Source of the DNA: an uncultured Gammaproteobacteria bacterium | GTDB taxonomy: Bacteria > Pseudomonadota > Gammaproteobacteria > Steroidobacterales > GCA-2729495 | Reading direction: 5' to 3' | Assembly: GCA_963807995.1 (NCBI GenBank) | Contig: CAWEDX010000007.1 | Span: 132,679-196,678, forward strand | Length of the DNA stretch: 64,000 nucleotides | In this document: piece by piece, positions 1 through 9,937 of the stretch | Position numbering within the stretch: the first letter of the stretch is position 1 | How the letters are laid out: each line of letters starts with the position of its first letter | The notes under the pieces: model-generated | Databases searched by the model: none | What the model was told of the DNA's origin: nothing | Seen by the model: the letters and a program-made list of their open reading frames with translations, nothing else | Position numbers and translations under genes: made by a program

Positions 1-887
1 GTGTGTTCGCCGGTTTCCACGTTGACCCGCACCACGGTACCTTCCCAGATGTTGCTGACCAGGCAATGCTGGCCGTCGCCGCAAATTTCAATATCCGACC
101 AGCCATAGGTTTCCAGGGGGAAAGTGCGCAGCACCTGGCCAGATTCATCGAGCATTTCCATGCTGTCGCCACGGGTTATCAGCAAGCGACCGTCGGGCAG
201 GTATTTCACGGCAATCACCCAGACCCGGTCAAAGACGTTATCGCCGGGATAGGTCACCAGGTCCGGCATCTGCCTGTCGTTAATTACGTCGTAACGCATC
301 AGTCGTTTGCCCGTTTCGGTGGCGTAAGCGATGAACTCGCCACTGGGATGCAGACTGGAATGAGTCACGCCCTTGAACTGCGTCATCTCCGGCGCAGTCT
401 CGGTTTTGAAGGTCTGCAAATGCTCCCAGTCGGGGCTGTACTTGTAGACGTAACCAAAACCCAGGATGCCTTCGCCAGGGATCACCGCGAACTTGGTAGT
501 GGTGCGGCGGGCAATCTCATTGTCCGGCCGTTTTTCGGCCTTCATATGCTCGCCCAGATACACATTGCCCTGCGCATCAAAGCTGGCGCTGCGGTAGCAA
601 CGCGGCAGGAACTTATCGCTCAGCGGCAACTGGCGGCCGGTGGCCGGATCAACGTGTATCACCACGAGGTCATTGAACGCCCACAGGCGTCCCTGCGGAT
701 CAAATTCAAGCCCGCCGACGAAATGTTCGCCGCCCACAGTCCACAGCTCACCCTTGAACTGCATATTATTGTCGTACTGCCAGATGCGGCCATCGCCGGC
801 ATGATCATCGTCGGGATCATTCAACAGCGTGCAGGCAACAAATATGTCGCCCCTGGCAAAGGGCTGCATGGTGGATTCACGGGTCAT
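1..887 (-). CDS. hypothetical beta-propeller-like protein (C-terminus beyond the left window edge)
   Basis: Absent from the ORF track because no stop is reached inside the window. Manual reverse-strand translation from ATG at 887 (AAGAGAG purine tract upstream) reads uninterrupted: MTRESTMQPFARGDIFVACTLLNDPDDDHAGDGRIWQYD...VSNIWEGTVVRVNVETGEH. It shows recurring short hydrophobic strands and Gly/Asp turns. The plus-strand ORF 3..1049 is its antisense shadow. Confidence 0.6.
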   Translation of the reverse strand, partial: MTRESTMQPFARGDIFVACTLLNDPDDDHAGDGRIWQYDNNMQFKGELWTVGGEHFVGGLEFDPQGRLWAFNDLVVIHVDPATGRQLPLSDKFLPRCYRSASFDAQGNVYLGEHMKAEKRPDNEIARRTTTKFAVIPGEGILGFGYVYKYSPDWEHLQTFKTETAPEMTQFKGVTHSSLHPSGEFIAYATETGKRLMRYDVINDRQMPDLVTYPGDNVFDRVWVIAVKYLPDGRLLITRGDSMEMLDESGQVLRTFPLETYGWSDIEICGDGQHCLVSNIWEGTVVRVNVETGEH

Positions 888-939
888 GGCTGCTCTCTTG
901 ATTGTTTTTCTAGTTCAATGGATAGCAGATTGTGGACCG

Positions 940-2064
940 TCAGCGCGCGGCCAATTGCGCATCGGCGACGGCTTGATCAACCACTGAGGCAATCCACTCC
1001 ACATACTTGGGATGCTCGGCCATGCCGCGCTCGGCATAGACATAGTTGAGACCGCGCAGGTCCTGGCGAATATGCGTCTGCACGCCGTGACTGGCGGCTG
1101 CCAGCGCAACCACGATGGGGGTCTGGCCCTTTTTTTCTGCCTGCTGCACCCAGCGACGCAGCTTGCGGACATTGGACTCGCGCACCGGCGGAATCGCATC
1201 GTCCTGCAGATTGATGAGCTTGACGTCGGCGAAGTTGGCGCGCGCAGCGATGCGCTCGCGGTGGGCGTCAAGAATTGCCAGATCAGGTCCGTTGTCTTCG
1301 ATTTCCTCCGGGCCATGGGCCACCAGGATCACGACTTCATTTGCGGGATCCTTGCTCACTTCCATGGTGTGATCGAAAAGAATATCCGTGATCAGCTCAT
1401 GATCAGCAAAGTGGCTGGTCATGACGAAACGCGCATCTGCTTCAATCTTCGGCACGTCGAGATAAGTCGACGCGGTATCGTCAATATCAAATATGTATTT
1501 CCACTGCCGTGTAAGTGAGTTGTACTCGGTCGTAGTGCCATTGGGAACCAGCACGATGGTGCTGGCGCCACGCGCCACCAGGTCGTCCACCGCCGACTGA
1601 AGATAAGCCGACTGCATCATGGCCATGCCGAAACCGATCGCCGTCGGGTAGCGACTGGACACCGGCGTCAGCGCTTCCTTGAGAATCCGGTCGCTGTTCT
1701 CGCCGACGCCGTGCGAGAGGATCAGCACCCCCACAGAGCCCTGCATTTCAGTATCACTGGCATACCATTCGTAGTTGGGCCCCATGGCCGACATATTCAT
1801 ATTCAGCTGCATATCGGACATGCCGCGATAAAGTGCAATCTTGCTGCGCAACGCTTCCAGCGTTTCAGCATCCATATCATGCTTAACCTGATAGCTGTCG
1901 AGACGCTTACCCTCGGCATCCATTTCCGGCACCGCAGCACCATGCTGATGCTGCATATGCGCCGAATGATCCTGGGCCACGGCTACTGCGCCAAGCAATA
2001 CCCAAAAGCCGGCAAGCGCTGGTGCAATTCTGATAATGCGTCTGGAATTTCTGTTCATCCTCAT
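940..2064 (-). CDS. secreted CbiX/SirB-like chelatase-fold protein with His- and Met-rich N-terminal region (putative)
   Basis: 374-aa ORF with signal peptide RIAPALAGFWVLLGAVAVAQ. Two halves resemble CbiX modules (VGVLILSHGVGENS... and VVILVAHGPEE...). N-terminal tracts HSAHMQHQHG and MSDMQLNMNMSAM. The family call is by eye only. Confidence 0.5.
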   Translation of the reverse strand: MRMNRNSRRIIRIAPALAGFWVLLGAVAVAQDHSAHMQHQHGAAVPEMDAEGKRLDSYQVKHDMDAETLEALRSKIALYRGMSDMQLNMNMSAMGPNYEWYASDTEMQGSVGVLILSHGVGENSDRILKEALTPVSSRYPTAIGFGMAMMQSAYLQSAVDDLVARGASTIVLVPNGTTTEYNSLTRQWKYIFDIDDTASTYLDVPKIEADARFVMTSHFADHELITDILFDHTMEVSKDPANEVVILVAHGPEEIEDNGPDLAILDAHRERIAARANFADVKLINLQDDAIPPVRESNVRKLRRWVQQAEKKGQTPIVVALAAASHGVQTHIRQDLRGLNYVYAERGMAEHPKYVEWIASVVDQAVADAQLAAR

Positions 2065-2076
2065 CTCCTTACTCCT

Positions 2077-2661
2077 TCAGGACAGCACGCGTTCAACGGC
2101 GTCCTCCAGTTGTTCTTTCACCCGGGCCTCGTCACCACCGGCCATGGCATGCGCCGCAGCTGAGCGCAGCATGCTGAAAATCATTGCTGTGGTCAGCGCA
2201 GCATCACGCTCGCTGCCGTCAAGAATTTCTTCGACCGCCTCGCGCAGCACCCTGGCTGCCGGTTCATGCAGGGCAGAAATCTTGCGCGCCATAGCCGGTG
2301 AGCTACGACCCACGTCTTCGACCATCTGCATGGCGCCGTGACAGCTGGTAGCGGCGATTTCCAGCTGCAACTCCAGCCAGCGACGAATCCTGGTGCGCGG
2401 ATCGGCGCCGGAACGCGAGACCTTATCAACCTGGGCAAGAATCGGCGCCATCTCACGCTCCAGGCAGGCGAGCAGAATATGGTCCTTGTCCGGGTAGTAG
2501 CGATACAGCGAATTACGCGCCAGGCCAACGGCACCGGCGATCTGACTCAGGTCAGTGCCGCGGTAGCCATGCTCGTTAAACAGGCCGGCGGCCGCGTCCA
2601 GAATACGGTCATTCTGACGGGCAACATGGGCCTGGATATTTTCAGCCTCAATGCGCGGCAT
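2077..2661 (-). CDS. TetR/AcrR family transcriptional regulator
   Basis: N-terminal HTH signature ILDAAAGLFNEHGYRGTDLSQIAGAVGLARNSLYRYYPDKDHIL. Overlaps the upstream ABC ATPase stop, so probably the same operon. Confidence 0.9.
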   Translation of the reverse strand: MPRIEAENIQAHVARQNDRILDAAAGLFNEHGYRGTDLSQIAGAVGLARNSLYRYYPDKDHILLACLEREMAPILAQVDKVSRSGADPRTRIRRWLELQLEIAATSCHGAMQMVEDVGRSSPAMARKISALHEPAARVLREAVEEILDGSERDAALTTAMIFSMLRSAAAHAMAGGDEARVKEQLEDAVERVLS

Positions 2662-3370
2662 CGGCCGCCGCCTCGGCTGCGTTTACTTGCGCCGCCGTAG
2701 TTTGGGTCAGACGACCGTCAAGAATCTCCACCACCCGATCGACGGCATCCAGCACGCCGCGGTCATGGGTCACCATCATTGCCGCCACCTGGTGCTCATG
2801 ACAGGCACGCTGCAGCAACTCGGCGATCTGATGGCCACGCTGACGATCCAGCATGGAGGTCGGTTCGTCCACCAGCAAAACCGTGGGATCGCTCATGAAG
2901 GCGCGGGCAATACCTACGCGTTGACGTTCGCCGCCGGATAGCTGGCCCGAGCGGCGATGACGTTTTTCCGCCATACCGACCTCTTCGAGCAGTTGCTCCG
3001 CGCGCTTGCGATCTTTAGCCGAGGGTCGGCGCCCGGACAGATGCACCAGCAGTAGCAACTGGTCAAGGGCCGTTAGCGATGGCAACAGGTTGGACTGCTG
3101 AAACACGAAGCCAATATGCTGACGACGCACCTCGGCCAGGCGCGCAGGCTTGAGTGCGGTAATCTCCTCTTCGCCGATCCAGATGCGCCCGCTGCTGGGC
3201 GTGCGCAAGCCCCCGCAGACCGCCAGCAAGCTGGACTTCCCGGCGCCGGACGGCCCCAGCACCATGGTCAGTTCACCGGCAGCCACGCCCACACTGACAG
3301 CGTCCAGCGCACGCACCTGGGTGTCACCGTCGCCGAGCAGCAGCGACACGTTTTCGGCGCGCAGGCTCAT
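2648..3370 (-). CDS. ABC transporter ATP-binding protein (MacB/LolD-like)
   Basis: Walker A GPSGAGKSSLL, signature LSGGERQRVGIARA, Walker B LLLVDEPT. Confidence 0.9.
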   Translation of the reverse strand: MSLRAENVSLLLGDGDTQVRALDAVSVGVAAGELTMVLGPSGAGKSSLLAVCGGLRTPSSGRIWIGEEEITALKPARLAEVRRQHIGFVFQQSNLLPSLTALDQLLLLVHLSGRRPSAKDRKRAEQLLEEVGMAEKRHRRSGQLSGGERQRVGIARAFMSDPTVLLVDEPTSMLDRQRGHQIAELLQRACHEHQVAAMMVTHDRGVLDAVDRVVEILDGRLTQTTAAQVNAAEAAADAAH

Positions 3371-4545
3371 TGTTCCTGCCCCAGGGCGATAATCGGGTCG
3401 ACGGCGGTGATACGCCGGATGGATAGCGCACCGCCGAGCAGGCCGGCTATCAGCAGCAACAACATGGCCTGGCCGATTTCATCCGGCGCCAGCATGTAGG
3501 GCAATGCGGTATTCGCCATGATGTACTGGCCGAGCAACAGGCCCGCGCCGAGACCCACGGCAATGCCGAGCAGCAAGATGATGCTGGCCTGACCCAGCGC
3601 ATCCCGCAGCAGGTAACCGTTTGACGCGCCCAGCGCCTTGACCAGGCCGATTTCACGGGTACGTTGAATAGTCCAGATACTAAAGAAGGCGCCGATAACC
3701 ACGGCGGAAATCAGGAACAAAAATATCTGGATGATTTGCACCGTGCGGACTTCTTCGATGTAACCCGTGGACGCGGCATAAAAGCGATTGCGGTTCAGCG
3801 TGCTGGTGCCAATCTCATCGTCGATCTCGGCGATACGCTCGGCCGGCACATCCTCGGCCAGCTGCATGGCCAGGATGCTGACAAAGTCGAACACGATGTC
3901 GGGCAACTGCTCACCCGGCGGCGCGCCACCGGGCGGCCCGTAGGTGGCTTCCTGCCATTTGCGCAACGGCGCATAAACAATCGGCACATGGCCGATATTG
4001 AGCTCATCGGTAATACCAATGACCTCGACTTCGGTAAGCACACGATCCAGCGTTATGCGGTCACCGATACGTACGCCGTCGCGATCCACCAGCAGGCGCG
4101 AGACGATCACGCCGGTTTCTTTTCCGCCCAGCTGCTCGCCCTCACTGACAGTCGGCTCGATCAGTGACCCGGGCGTCAGGCCCCAGAGCACCAGCTCCAG
4201 CGGATCATTGTTCTGATTACGCGCGGTAAAAATCGTATGACCCATGGGCTCAAGCTTTTTGACCTCGGGCCTGGCCGCCCAGTCTTCCCACTGCGCGCGC
4301 TCGATCATGGTGTTGCGATAGGTCGGCTTGTCATCCCACTCAAAGGCGATATGGGTGACGTCCAGCTGCATGAGCCCGGAGATATTGTTTTTGATCAGAC
4401 CACCGGCGATGCCACTGAGCGAAGTCATCAGCAGGGCGATAAGCGCGATGACGATGGCCATCAGGGCGAAGCGGCCCTTGGCGAATACCAGGTCGCGGAA
4501 GGCAATAAACATGTCAGGACTCATTTGTCGACAATGTGTCGCCAA
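3367..4545 (-). CDS. ABC transporter permease, FtsX/MacB-type
   Basis: N-terminal TM helix, large periplasmic domain, C-terminal FtsX-like segment (REIGLVKALGASNGYLL). 4-nt overlap with the ATPase gene. Start uncertain (TTG 4545 versus ATG 4524). Confidence 0.85.
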   Translation of the reverse strand: MATHCRQMSPDMFIAFRDLVFAKGRFALMAIVIALIALLMTSLSGIAGGLIKNNISGLMQLDVTHIAFEWDDKPTYRNTMIERAQWEDWAARPEVKKLEPMGHTIFTARNQNNDPLELVLWGLTPGSLIEPTVSEGEQLGGKETGVIVSRLLVDRDGVRIGDRITLDRVLTEVEVIGITDELNIGHVPIVYAPLRKWQEATYGPPGGAPPGEQLPDIVFDFVSILAMQLAEDVPAERIAEIDDEIGTSTLNRNRFYAASTGYIEEVRTVQIIQIFLFLISAVVIGAFFSIWTIQRTREIGLVKALGASNGYLLRDALGQASIILLLGIAVGLGAGLLLGQYIMANTALPYMLAPDEIGQAMLLLLIAGLLGGALSIRRITAVDPIIALGQEQ

Positions 4546-4600
4546 CCCTGCCTGCTTGCCGACAGGCTGTCAACAAGTTGCGATTGCGCCGGCGCGCGCT

Positions 4601-5329
4601 TCAGGGACGCAGGGCAATCAAACCGGCGTGCTGATTGCCTTCCGGATCGCCGCCACGGCCGGTAAACGCCGCCTCTTCCACTTCAAGCCCGGCCATTTCG
4701 GCTTCGCGGCGCAAAATATCCGGATCCAGCGGGTTGAGATACTCAAGCATGCCGTCGGGTACACGCTGCATATTCAGCAACGGCGCCACATCATCGATGA
4801 ACGCCGGCCATTCTTCGCCGTCGGCCTTGCGCTGTTCATATTGCGCAGCAATGGATGACCAGAAACCTGTGTAGGGCGTATCGGCGATGATAAAAACGCG
4901 ACCACCGGGTCGCAGCCAGGCGCGCATTTTCCTGAAGCTCAGGCGCAGCTCTTCGCCGCGCAAAAAATGCACCACGCGCGAACACAGAATGGCGCCGAAG
5001 GCCTGCTCCGGAAAGTCCACATCGGGCAACAAGCCGGGCTGGGTGCGCAAACGCGACTGGTATTCGCCAGGCATTTCCCGCTGCAGAATCTCCAGGTGCC
5101 CGGGCTCCATATCGCAGGCCAGCACGCGCCCGCCACGCACCAATACTTCGCGGGTGGCGACGCCATAGGCACAACCTATGTCGAGCGCTTCGTGGCCACA
5201 GATGGCGGCATACTCAATGAAGGCCATGGAAAAACGATCCAGCGTCTCCGACATGAAGCCGCGCTGGTTCAGCGTCGGAATCATGCCTTCCATATAGGGC
5301 TTGGGTTTTTGCAGCTCTGGATCGTTCAT
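4601..5329 (-). CDS. class I SAM-dependent methyltransferase
   Basis: Motif I-like ALDIGCAYGVATREVL, followed by RVLACDMEPGHL. Confidence 0.8.
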   Translation of the reverse strand: MNDPELQKPKPYMEGMIPTLNQRGFMSETLDRFSMAFIEYAAICGHEALDIGCAYGVATREVLVRGGRVLACDMEPGHLEILQREMPGEYQSRLRTQPGLLPDVDFPEQAFGAILCSRVVHFLRGEELRLSFRKMRAWLRPGGRVFIIADTPYTGFWSSIAAQYEQRKADGEEWPAFIDDVAPLLNMQRVPDGMLEYLNPLDPDILRREAEMAGLEVEEAAFTGRGGDPEGNQHAGLIALRP

Positions 5330-5382
5330 ACCAGCCTCCTGCGCGGCGGCTGGTCAGCATAACGCTGCGGGCTGGCGGCTGC

Positions 5383-8300
5383 CTAGGGCTGCGGGCTGGC
5401 GGGCGGGTTGATGAAGATGCGCTGCAGGCCCCGCAAGCGGCCGCGCTGGGAATGCAGGCTGGCGAGTATTGCCGGCAACAGGAACAGCACGATGAAGGTG
5501 GCAAACAGCAGGCCGAAGGCCAGCGAGACCACCAGCGGCCGCAGGAACTGTGCCTGCAGATCTGTTTCCAGCAGCACCGGCATCAGACCGAAGACGGTGG
5601 TGACGGAAGTCAGCATAACTGCACGCATGCGCCGCACTGCCGCCTCGGAGGCCGCCAGTTTTTCATCCATTCCCTGCGCTACCAGCTCGCGGAAAACACT
5701 GACCAGGATGATGGAATCATTAATCACGATACCGATCAGACCGAACAGGCCAAAAATCGACATCAGGGTCACATCCACGGACAGGATCCAGTGGCCGAAC
5801 ATGGCGCCGACAATGCCAAAGGGCACCACCGACAATACCGCCAGCGGCCACAGGTAAGACTCGAACACCCAGGCCAGAATAATAAAGATCATCAGCAAGG
5901 CCAGCGGCAGGGCGGTACCGACATCGCCCAGGGTCTGCCCCTGGCTCTCGGCATCACCGCCGAAGCGCGCATAAGTGACACCCGGTCGTTCTGTAATCCG
6001 CGGCAGTACCTCGGCGTTAAGAATCGCGCGCACCGCATTATTGTTGTTCAGCTTCTCATCGACGTCACCGGTGATCTGCACCGCCAGGTCACCACCGGCA
6101 CGTTTCAGGGATTCGAATCCACGCTGGTAACTGAGATTGGCGACATCGCTCAGCGAGGCCGTTTCTCCCGATGGCAAAATCACCGGCAGGGTTTCCAGCA
6201 CGCTGATGGAGTCGCGTTCGCTGTCGCTGACATAAACGCGCACCTCTATTTCCTCACCCTCGCTCTGGTAGATCTGCACCAGGTCGCCGGCAAAGGCTGC
6301 GCGTAACTGGCCGCCCAGAGACTCGCCGGTCAGGCCCACGGCTTCGCCCGTGGGCGAAAGTTCGAAAATGAGCTGTTCCTTGCCCCAGGCCATGTCATCA
6401 CGCACACCGCTGACCCCGGCAATCCCGTTCAATGCCTGAATAATGTCTACGGCAGCGGCCTTGAGCGCCTCCGGATCCGTGCCGGCCAGATCCAGCTCGA
6501 TATCATTACCGTGGGGCCCGCCGCTGGTATTCAGAATAAAAAAGCTTTCCAGGCCCGGCACGGACGGCACCAGCCGGCGCCAGTTGCGAATCAGTTCCGC
6601 ATTGCTGAGATCCCGCTCGGTATCCGGCACCAGCTGCACGATCATGGTGGCAACGTTACTCGCGCGCGTGCCACGCGGATCCAGACCCAGCTTGGATACT
6701 TCCAGCTCGACCAGTTTCTGTCCTGAATCAGCCTCGACCTGGCGAAGGGCAGCGCGCGCCTGGTTGACGAAAGCTTCGACCCGCTCGCCCGGGGTACCCG
6801 CACTGAAACGAATAATCGTCTGCAGCTTGCTGTTGTCCGGTTGCGGGAACAGGGTGAACTCGAGCCGGCCACCGGCAATCAGGCCAACCGTCAGGATCAG
6901 GCTGGCTATGGCCATCGCCAGCGTGGTGTTGCGATTTTCGACGGCGCTGACTACCGCGTCACGAAATTTGCCACAACGAAAATTCTCAAACGCGCTCTCG
7001 AAACGCAGTCGCAGTCGCGAAGGCGGCTTGCGCGACTGGGCTTCCAGCGAGTGGCGCAAATGCCCTGGCAGCACCAGGAAACATTCCACCACCGAGGCCA
7101 TTACCACGCAGATCATGATCAGCGGGATAGCAAACAGAATATTGCCGCCCGGTCCGCCGATGGTCATCAGCGGCACGAAGGCCGCCACGGTGGTGAGCGA
7201 GGCCGCCATTACCGGTGCGAACATGCGATAGGCCGCCTGCTCGGCCGCCTCCAGCGGCTTGGCGCCGGCCTGGTAGCGGGTGACGGCGTCTTCACCCACC
7301 ACGATGGCGTCATCCACCACGATACCCAGGGCCATCACCATGGCGAACAGGCTGATCATGTTGAGGCTGCCGCCAAACAGGTACAGCGCCATCAGCCCGG
7401 CCATCACCGCCACCGGAATACCCACGGCGACCCAAAACGCGACGCGCGCATTGAGAAAGATAAACAAGGCAATGACCACCAGTAACAGACCGCCAAGCGC
7501 ATTCTCGAGCATCAGGTCGATGCGCTGATCAACCAGGCGCCATGGCTCGTCATAGACATACATATCGACATTGGACGGCAGCACCGGGCGGGTGCGCTCG
7601 ACCCAGGCGATCAGTACCTGGGCGACGTCGATGGCATCCTGAGTTTCAGCGCGTTGAACAGCGACTTCCACCGCCGGACGGCCATTCACAAATAGCAGCG
7701 GCTCGTCGGCGCGTGCGCGCAAGGTGACGTCGGCAACGTCGCCCAGGGCCAGCAATCGACCGTCTTCATCAGCGGCCACGGGCAGCGCCTGAAAGTCGCG
7801 CACGCTGCGCGCCTGATCCATGCTGCGCAATTGGCGGGCCGATTCGGCGCGACCCACAGAACCTGCCGGCACATCGCTGCTGGCACCGCGAACTCGCTGG
7901 CTGATTTCCTGCAATGACAATTGCAGTTCGCTGAGCTGCGTGCCGTCCACCTGGATGGCAATTTCCTGGGCCGGCAAGCCCTCTACGTCGATGCGCGCCA
8001 GGCCAAGTCCGCGCAAGTCGCGTTCAAAGCTGCGTACCAGCGGTCGCAGCGCATTGAGTTCCGGGCCGGTTACCACCAGCCGGGCCACCAGTTCGTTGCG
8101 CGCAACCAGCGTGACCACCGGCGTTTCGGCGGTTTCAGGCAAATTGCGTACCTGCGCAACCCGCTCCTTGACCTGCTCGACCATACGGCCCAGATCAACG
8201 CCTTCGTCGTACTCCAGCACCAGCGAACTCTTTCCTTCGCGTGAGGTGGAACGAATTTTTTCCAGCTGATCGAGACTGCGCAGCTGATCCTCCAGCGGCT

Positions 8301-8499
8301 GGGTTACTGCCGCCTGCACATCTTCCGCAGAAGCACCCGGCCACAGGACTTCGACACTGACGATGCTGAGTTCGAAAGCCGGCAGGATCTGCCGAGTTAA
8401 CTGACCCAGGGCCCAGACACCAGCCAGAATCATGACCGCCATGGCCAGGTTTGGCGCTACCGGGTGGCGAACAAAACTGCTGATGATTGCCGGACGCAT
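5383..8499 (-). CDS. RND efflux transporter, inner-membrane permease (AcrB/AcrD/AcrF family)
   Basis: 1038-aa ORF with typical N-terminus (FVRHPVAPNLAMAVMILAGVWALGQL), 12-TM layout and two large periplasmic loops. Confidence 0.95.
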   Translation of the reverse strand: MRPAIISSFVRHPVAPNLAMAVMILAGVWALGQLTRQILPAFELSIVSVEVLWPGASAEDVQAAVTQPLEDQLRSLDQLEKIRSTSREGKSSLVLEYDEGVDLGRMVEQVKERVAQVRNLPETAETPVVTLVARNELVARLVVTGPELNALRPLVRSFERDLRGLGLARIDVEGLPAQEIAIQVDGTQLSELQLSLQEISQRVRGASSDVPAGSVGRAESARQLRSMDQARSVRDFQALPVAADEDGRLLALGDVADVTLRARADEPLLFVNGRPAVEVAVQRAETQDAIDVAQVLIAWVERTRPVLPSNVDMYVYDEPWRLVDQRIDLMLENALGGLLLVVIALFIFLNARVAFWVAVGIPVAVMAGLMALYLFGGSLNMISLFAMVMALGIVVDDAIVVGEDAVTRYQAGAKPLEAAEQAAYRMFAPVMAASLTTVAAFVPLMTIGGPGGNILFAIPLIMICVVMASVVECFLVLPGHLRHSLEAQSRKPPSRLRLRFESAFENFRCGKFRDAVVSAVENRNTTLAMAIASLILTVGLIAGGRLEFTLFPQPDNSKLQTIIRFSAGTPGERVEAFVNQARAALRQVEADSGQKLVELEVSKLGLDPRGTRASNVATMIVQLVPDTERDLSNAELIRNWRRLVPSVPGLESFFILNTSGGPHGNDIELDLAGTDPEALKAAAVDIIQALNGIAGVSGVRDDMAWGKEQLIFELSPTGEAVGLTGESLGGQLRAAFAGDLVQIYQSEGEEIEVRVYVSDSERDSISVLETLPVILPSGETASLSDVANLSYQRGFESLKRAGGDLAVQITGDVDEKLNNNNAVRAILNAEVLPRITERPGVTYARFGGDAESQGQTLGDVGTALPLALLMIFIILAWVFESYLWPLAVLSVVPFGIVGAMFGHWILSVDVTLMSIFGLFGLIGIVINDSIILVSVFRELVAQGMDEKLAASEAAVRRMRAVMLTSVTTVFGLMPVLLETDLQAQFLRPLVVSLAFGLLFATFIVLFLLPAILASLHSQRGRLRGLQRIFINPPASPQP

Positions 8500-8502
8500 G
8501 AC

Positions 8503-9834
8503 TCAGGGCCTCCCCGCCGCAGGCTTCTCGGCACCAGCAGCAGCCAGCGGTGCATCGCCACCCGCCAGGCCGGGCTCGCGGATACTGACCAGCAGGCCGT
8601 CGGCGGCATTGGAAATCTTGGTGGTAATGATCTGATCGTCGCCGTCGAGCTCAGGACTGCGAATAATCACTTCGCTGCGGCCATCGGCCAGCCGTCTTTC
8701 ACCCAGTCGTTCCACATCCAGCGCCAGCATGCGGCCGTCGGCGGCCAGGTAAATTCGATTTCGCCCGTAGACGGCCTCGGCCGGCAAAGCCACCGCACCC
8801 GGTTCGGCGGGCAGTGACAACAACACGCGCAGCGTGGCACCCAGCTGGGTTTCCGGCGGCAGTTGTTCGAAACTCAGGTAAGCATCCACGCTACCCGAAC
8901 CCTGACGTGTCGACGATGACAGCCGTTCGAGGTGCGCAGCATAGTCCATGCCGGCGACACTCACGGTCGCATCCATATCGACGGCCAGACTGAGTGCATC
9001 GCGAATGCGTGCGGCAAATCGGGTCGGTACCTGGGTGCGCAGCTCAATGGCTTCCGGATTGTGAATTCGCAGCAGTTCGTCGCCAACCCGCACCCGGTCG
9101 CCCACCGAAACCTGCACGTTGGAAACCGCACCTGAAAAAGGCGCCAGCACACGCGTGCGATCGGCCGTCAGGCCGGCACGATCACGCAGAGCCTGGGCGC
9201 GACGCAATTGTGCCTGCAGTTTTTTGACCTTGATCTCGCTCTCTTCGATGGACAATTGTCGCGAAGTGAAGGCCAGTTGCTGACGCTTGAGCTCTTCCGT
9301 CGAGTCATCGACGTTAGCCTGCGAAAGCAGTTTGTCGCGATAAAGCGACTGCACCCTTTCAGCATTGCTCTCGGTCAGCTCCAGCAATTCCTGCTCACGT
9401 TCCAGGGCCTGCCGGTTGCGCAGCAGTCGCTGGCGCTCAAGATTAATGTCGGCAAGAATTTCCTGCACATCAGCCTCGCGCTGCAGCAGTTCGAGTTGCG
9501 AATCCTGATCATCAAGCAGGATCAGCGGCGTGCCGGCCTCCACCGAGTCACCGTCCTGCACCAGTACCTGCAGCACAGCGGCTTCAACGGCGGCACTGAG
9601 ATTGGCATCTTCCGGCGATTCGACCTTGGCATACAGCTCCAGGTTTGGTCGCAGGTCCGTAGCCCGCGCCGGCATCACTGCCACGCTCCAGGACTTCTCC
9701 GGCAGCTGCAAAGGCGGCCGCTCCGGGCGCGAACTGACCAGCAGGGCGAACACCACAAACGCGCCGGCGAGCACCAGTATCGGTCCCCGTCGCAGTCGCA
9801 ACAGGATGTTTTTGATAGTCTGCATAAGCCCCAC
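8503..9834 (-). CDS. efflux RND periplasmic adaptor (HlyD/MFP family)
   Basis: Single N-terminal TM, long coiled-coil hairpin (QLELLQREADVQEILADINLERQRLLRN...), beta-barrel C-terminus. Lies immediately upstream of the RND pump. No outer-membrane factor gene is adjacent. Confidence 0.9.
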   Translation of the reverse strand: MGLMQTIKNILLRLRRGPILVLAGAFVVFALLVSSRPERPPLQLPEKSWSVAVMPARATDLRPNLELYAKVESPEDANLSAAVEAAVLQVLVQDGDSVEAGTPLILLDDQDSQLELLQREADVQEILADINLERQRLLRNRQALEREQELLELTESNAERVQSLYRDKLLSQANVDDSTEELKRQQLAFTSRQLSIEESEIKVKKLQAQLRRAQALRDRAGLTADRTRVLAPFSGAVSNVQVSVGDRVRVGDELLRIHNPEAIELRTQVPTRFAARIRDALSLAVDMDATVSVAGMDYAAHLERLSSSTRQGSGSVDAYLSFEQLPPETQLGATLRVLLSLPAEPGAVALPAEAVYGRNRIYLAADGRMLALDVERLGERRLADGRSEVIIRSPELDGDDQIITTKISNAADGLLVSIREPGLAGGDAPLAAAGAEKPAAGRP

Positions 9835-9937
9835 GCTCCCGAGAGTAGTCTATATTTCGGCACTGGCTGGCTAACGGATGCGTGTGATGCCAAACAAGCT
9901 GCCCGCTGCGACCACCAGTTGGCCAAGGGACAAAACA

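Noticed and set aside
3-1049. 348-aa plus-strand ORF, the longest ORF at the left edge
   Set aside because: Its composition is not protein-like (His/Gly/Ala/Arg-rich, no motifs). It lies antisense to two convincing minus-strand genes: the beta-propeller-like gene ending at 887 and the CbiX-like gene from 940. This is a typical GC-rich shadow ORF.
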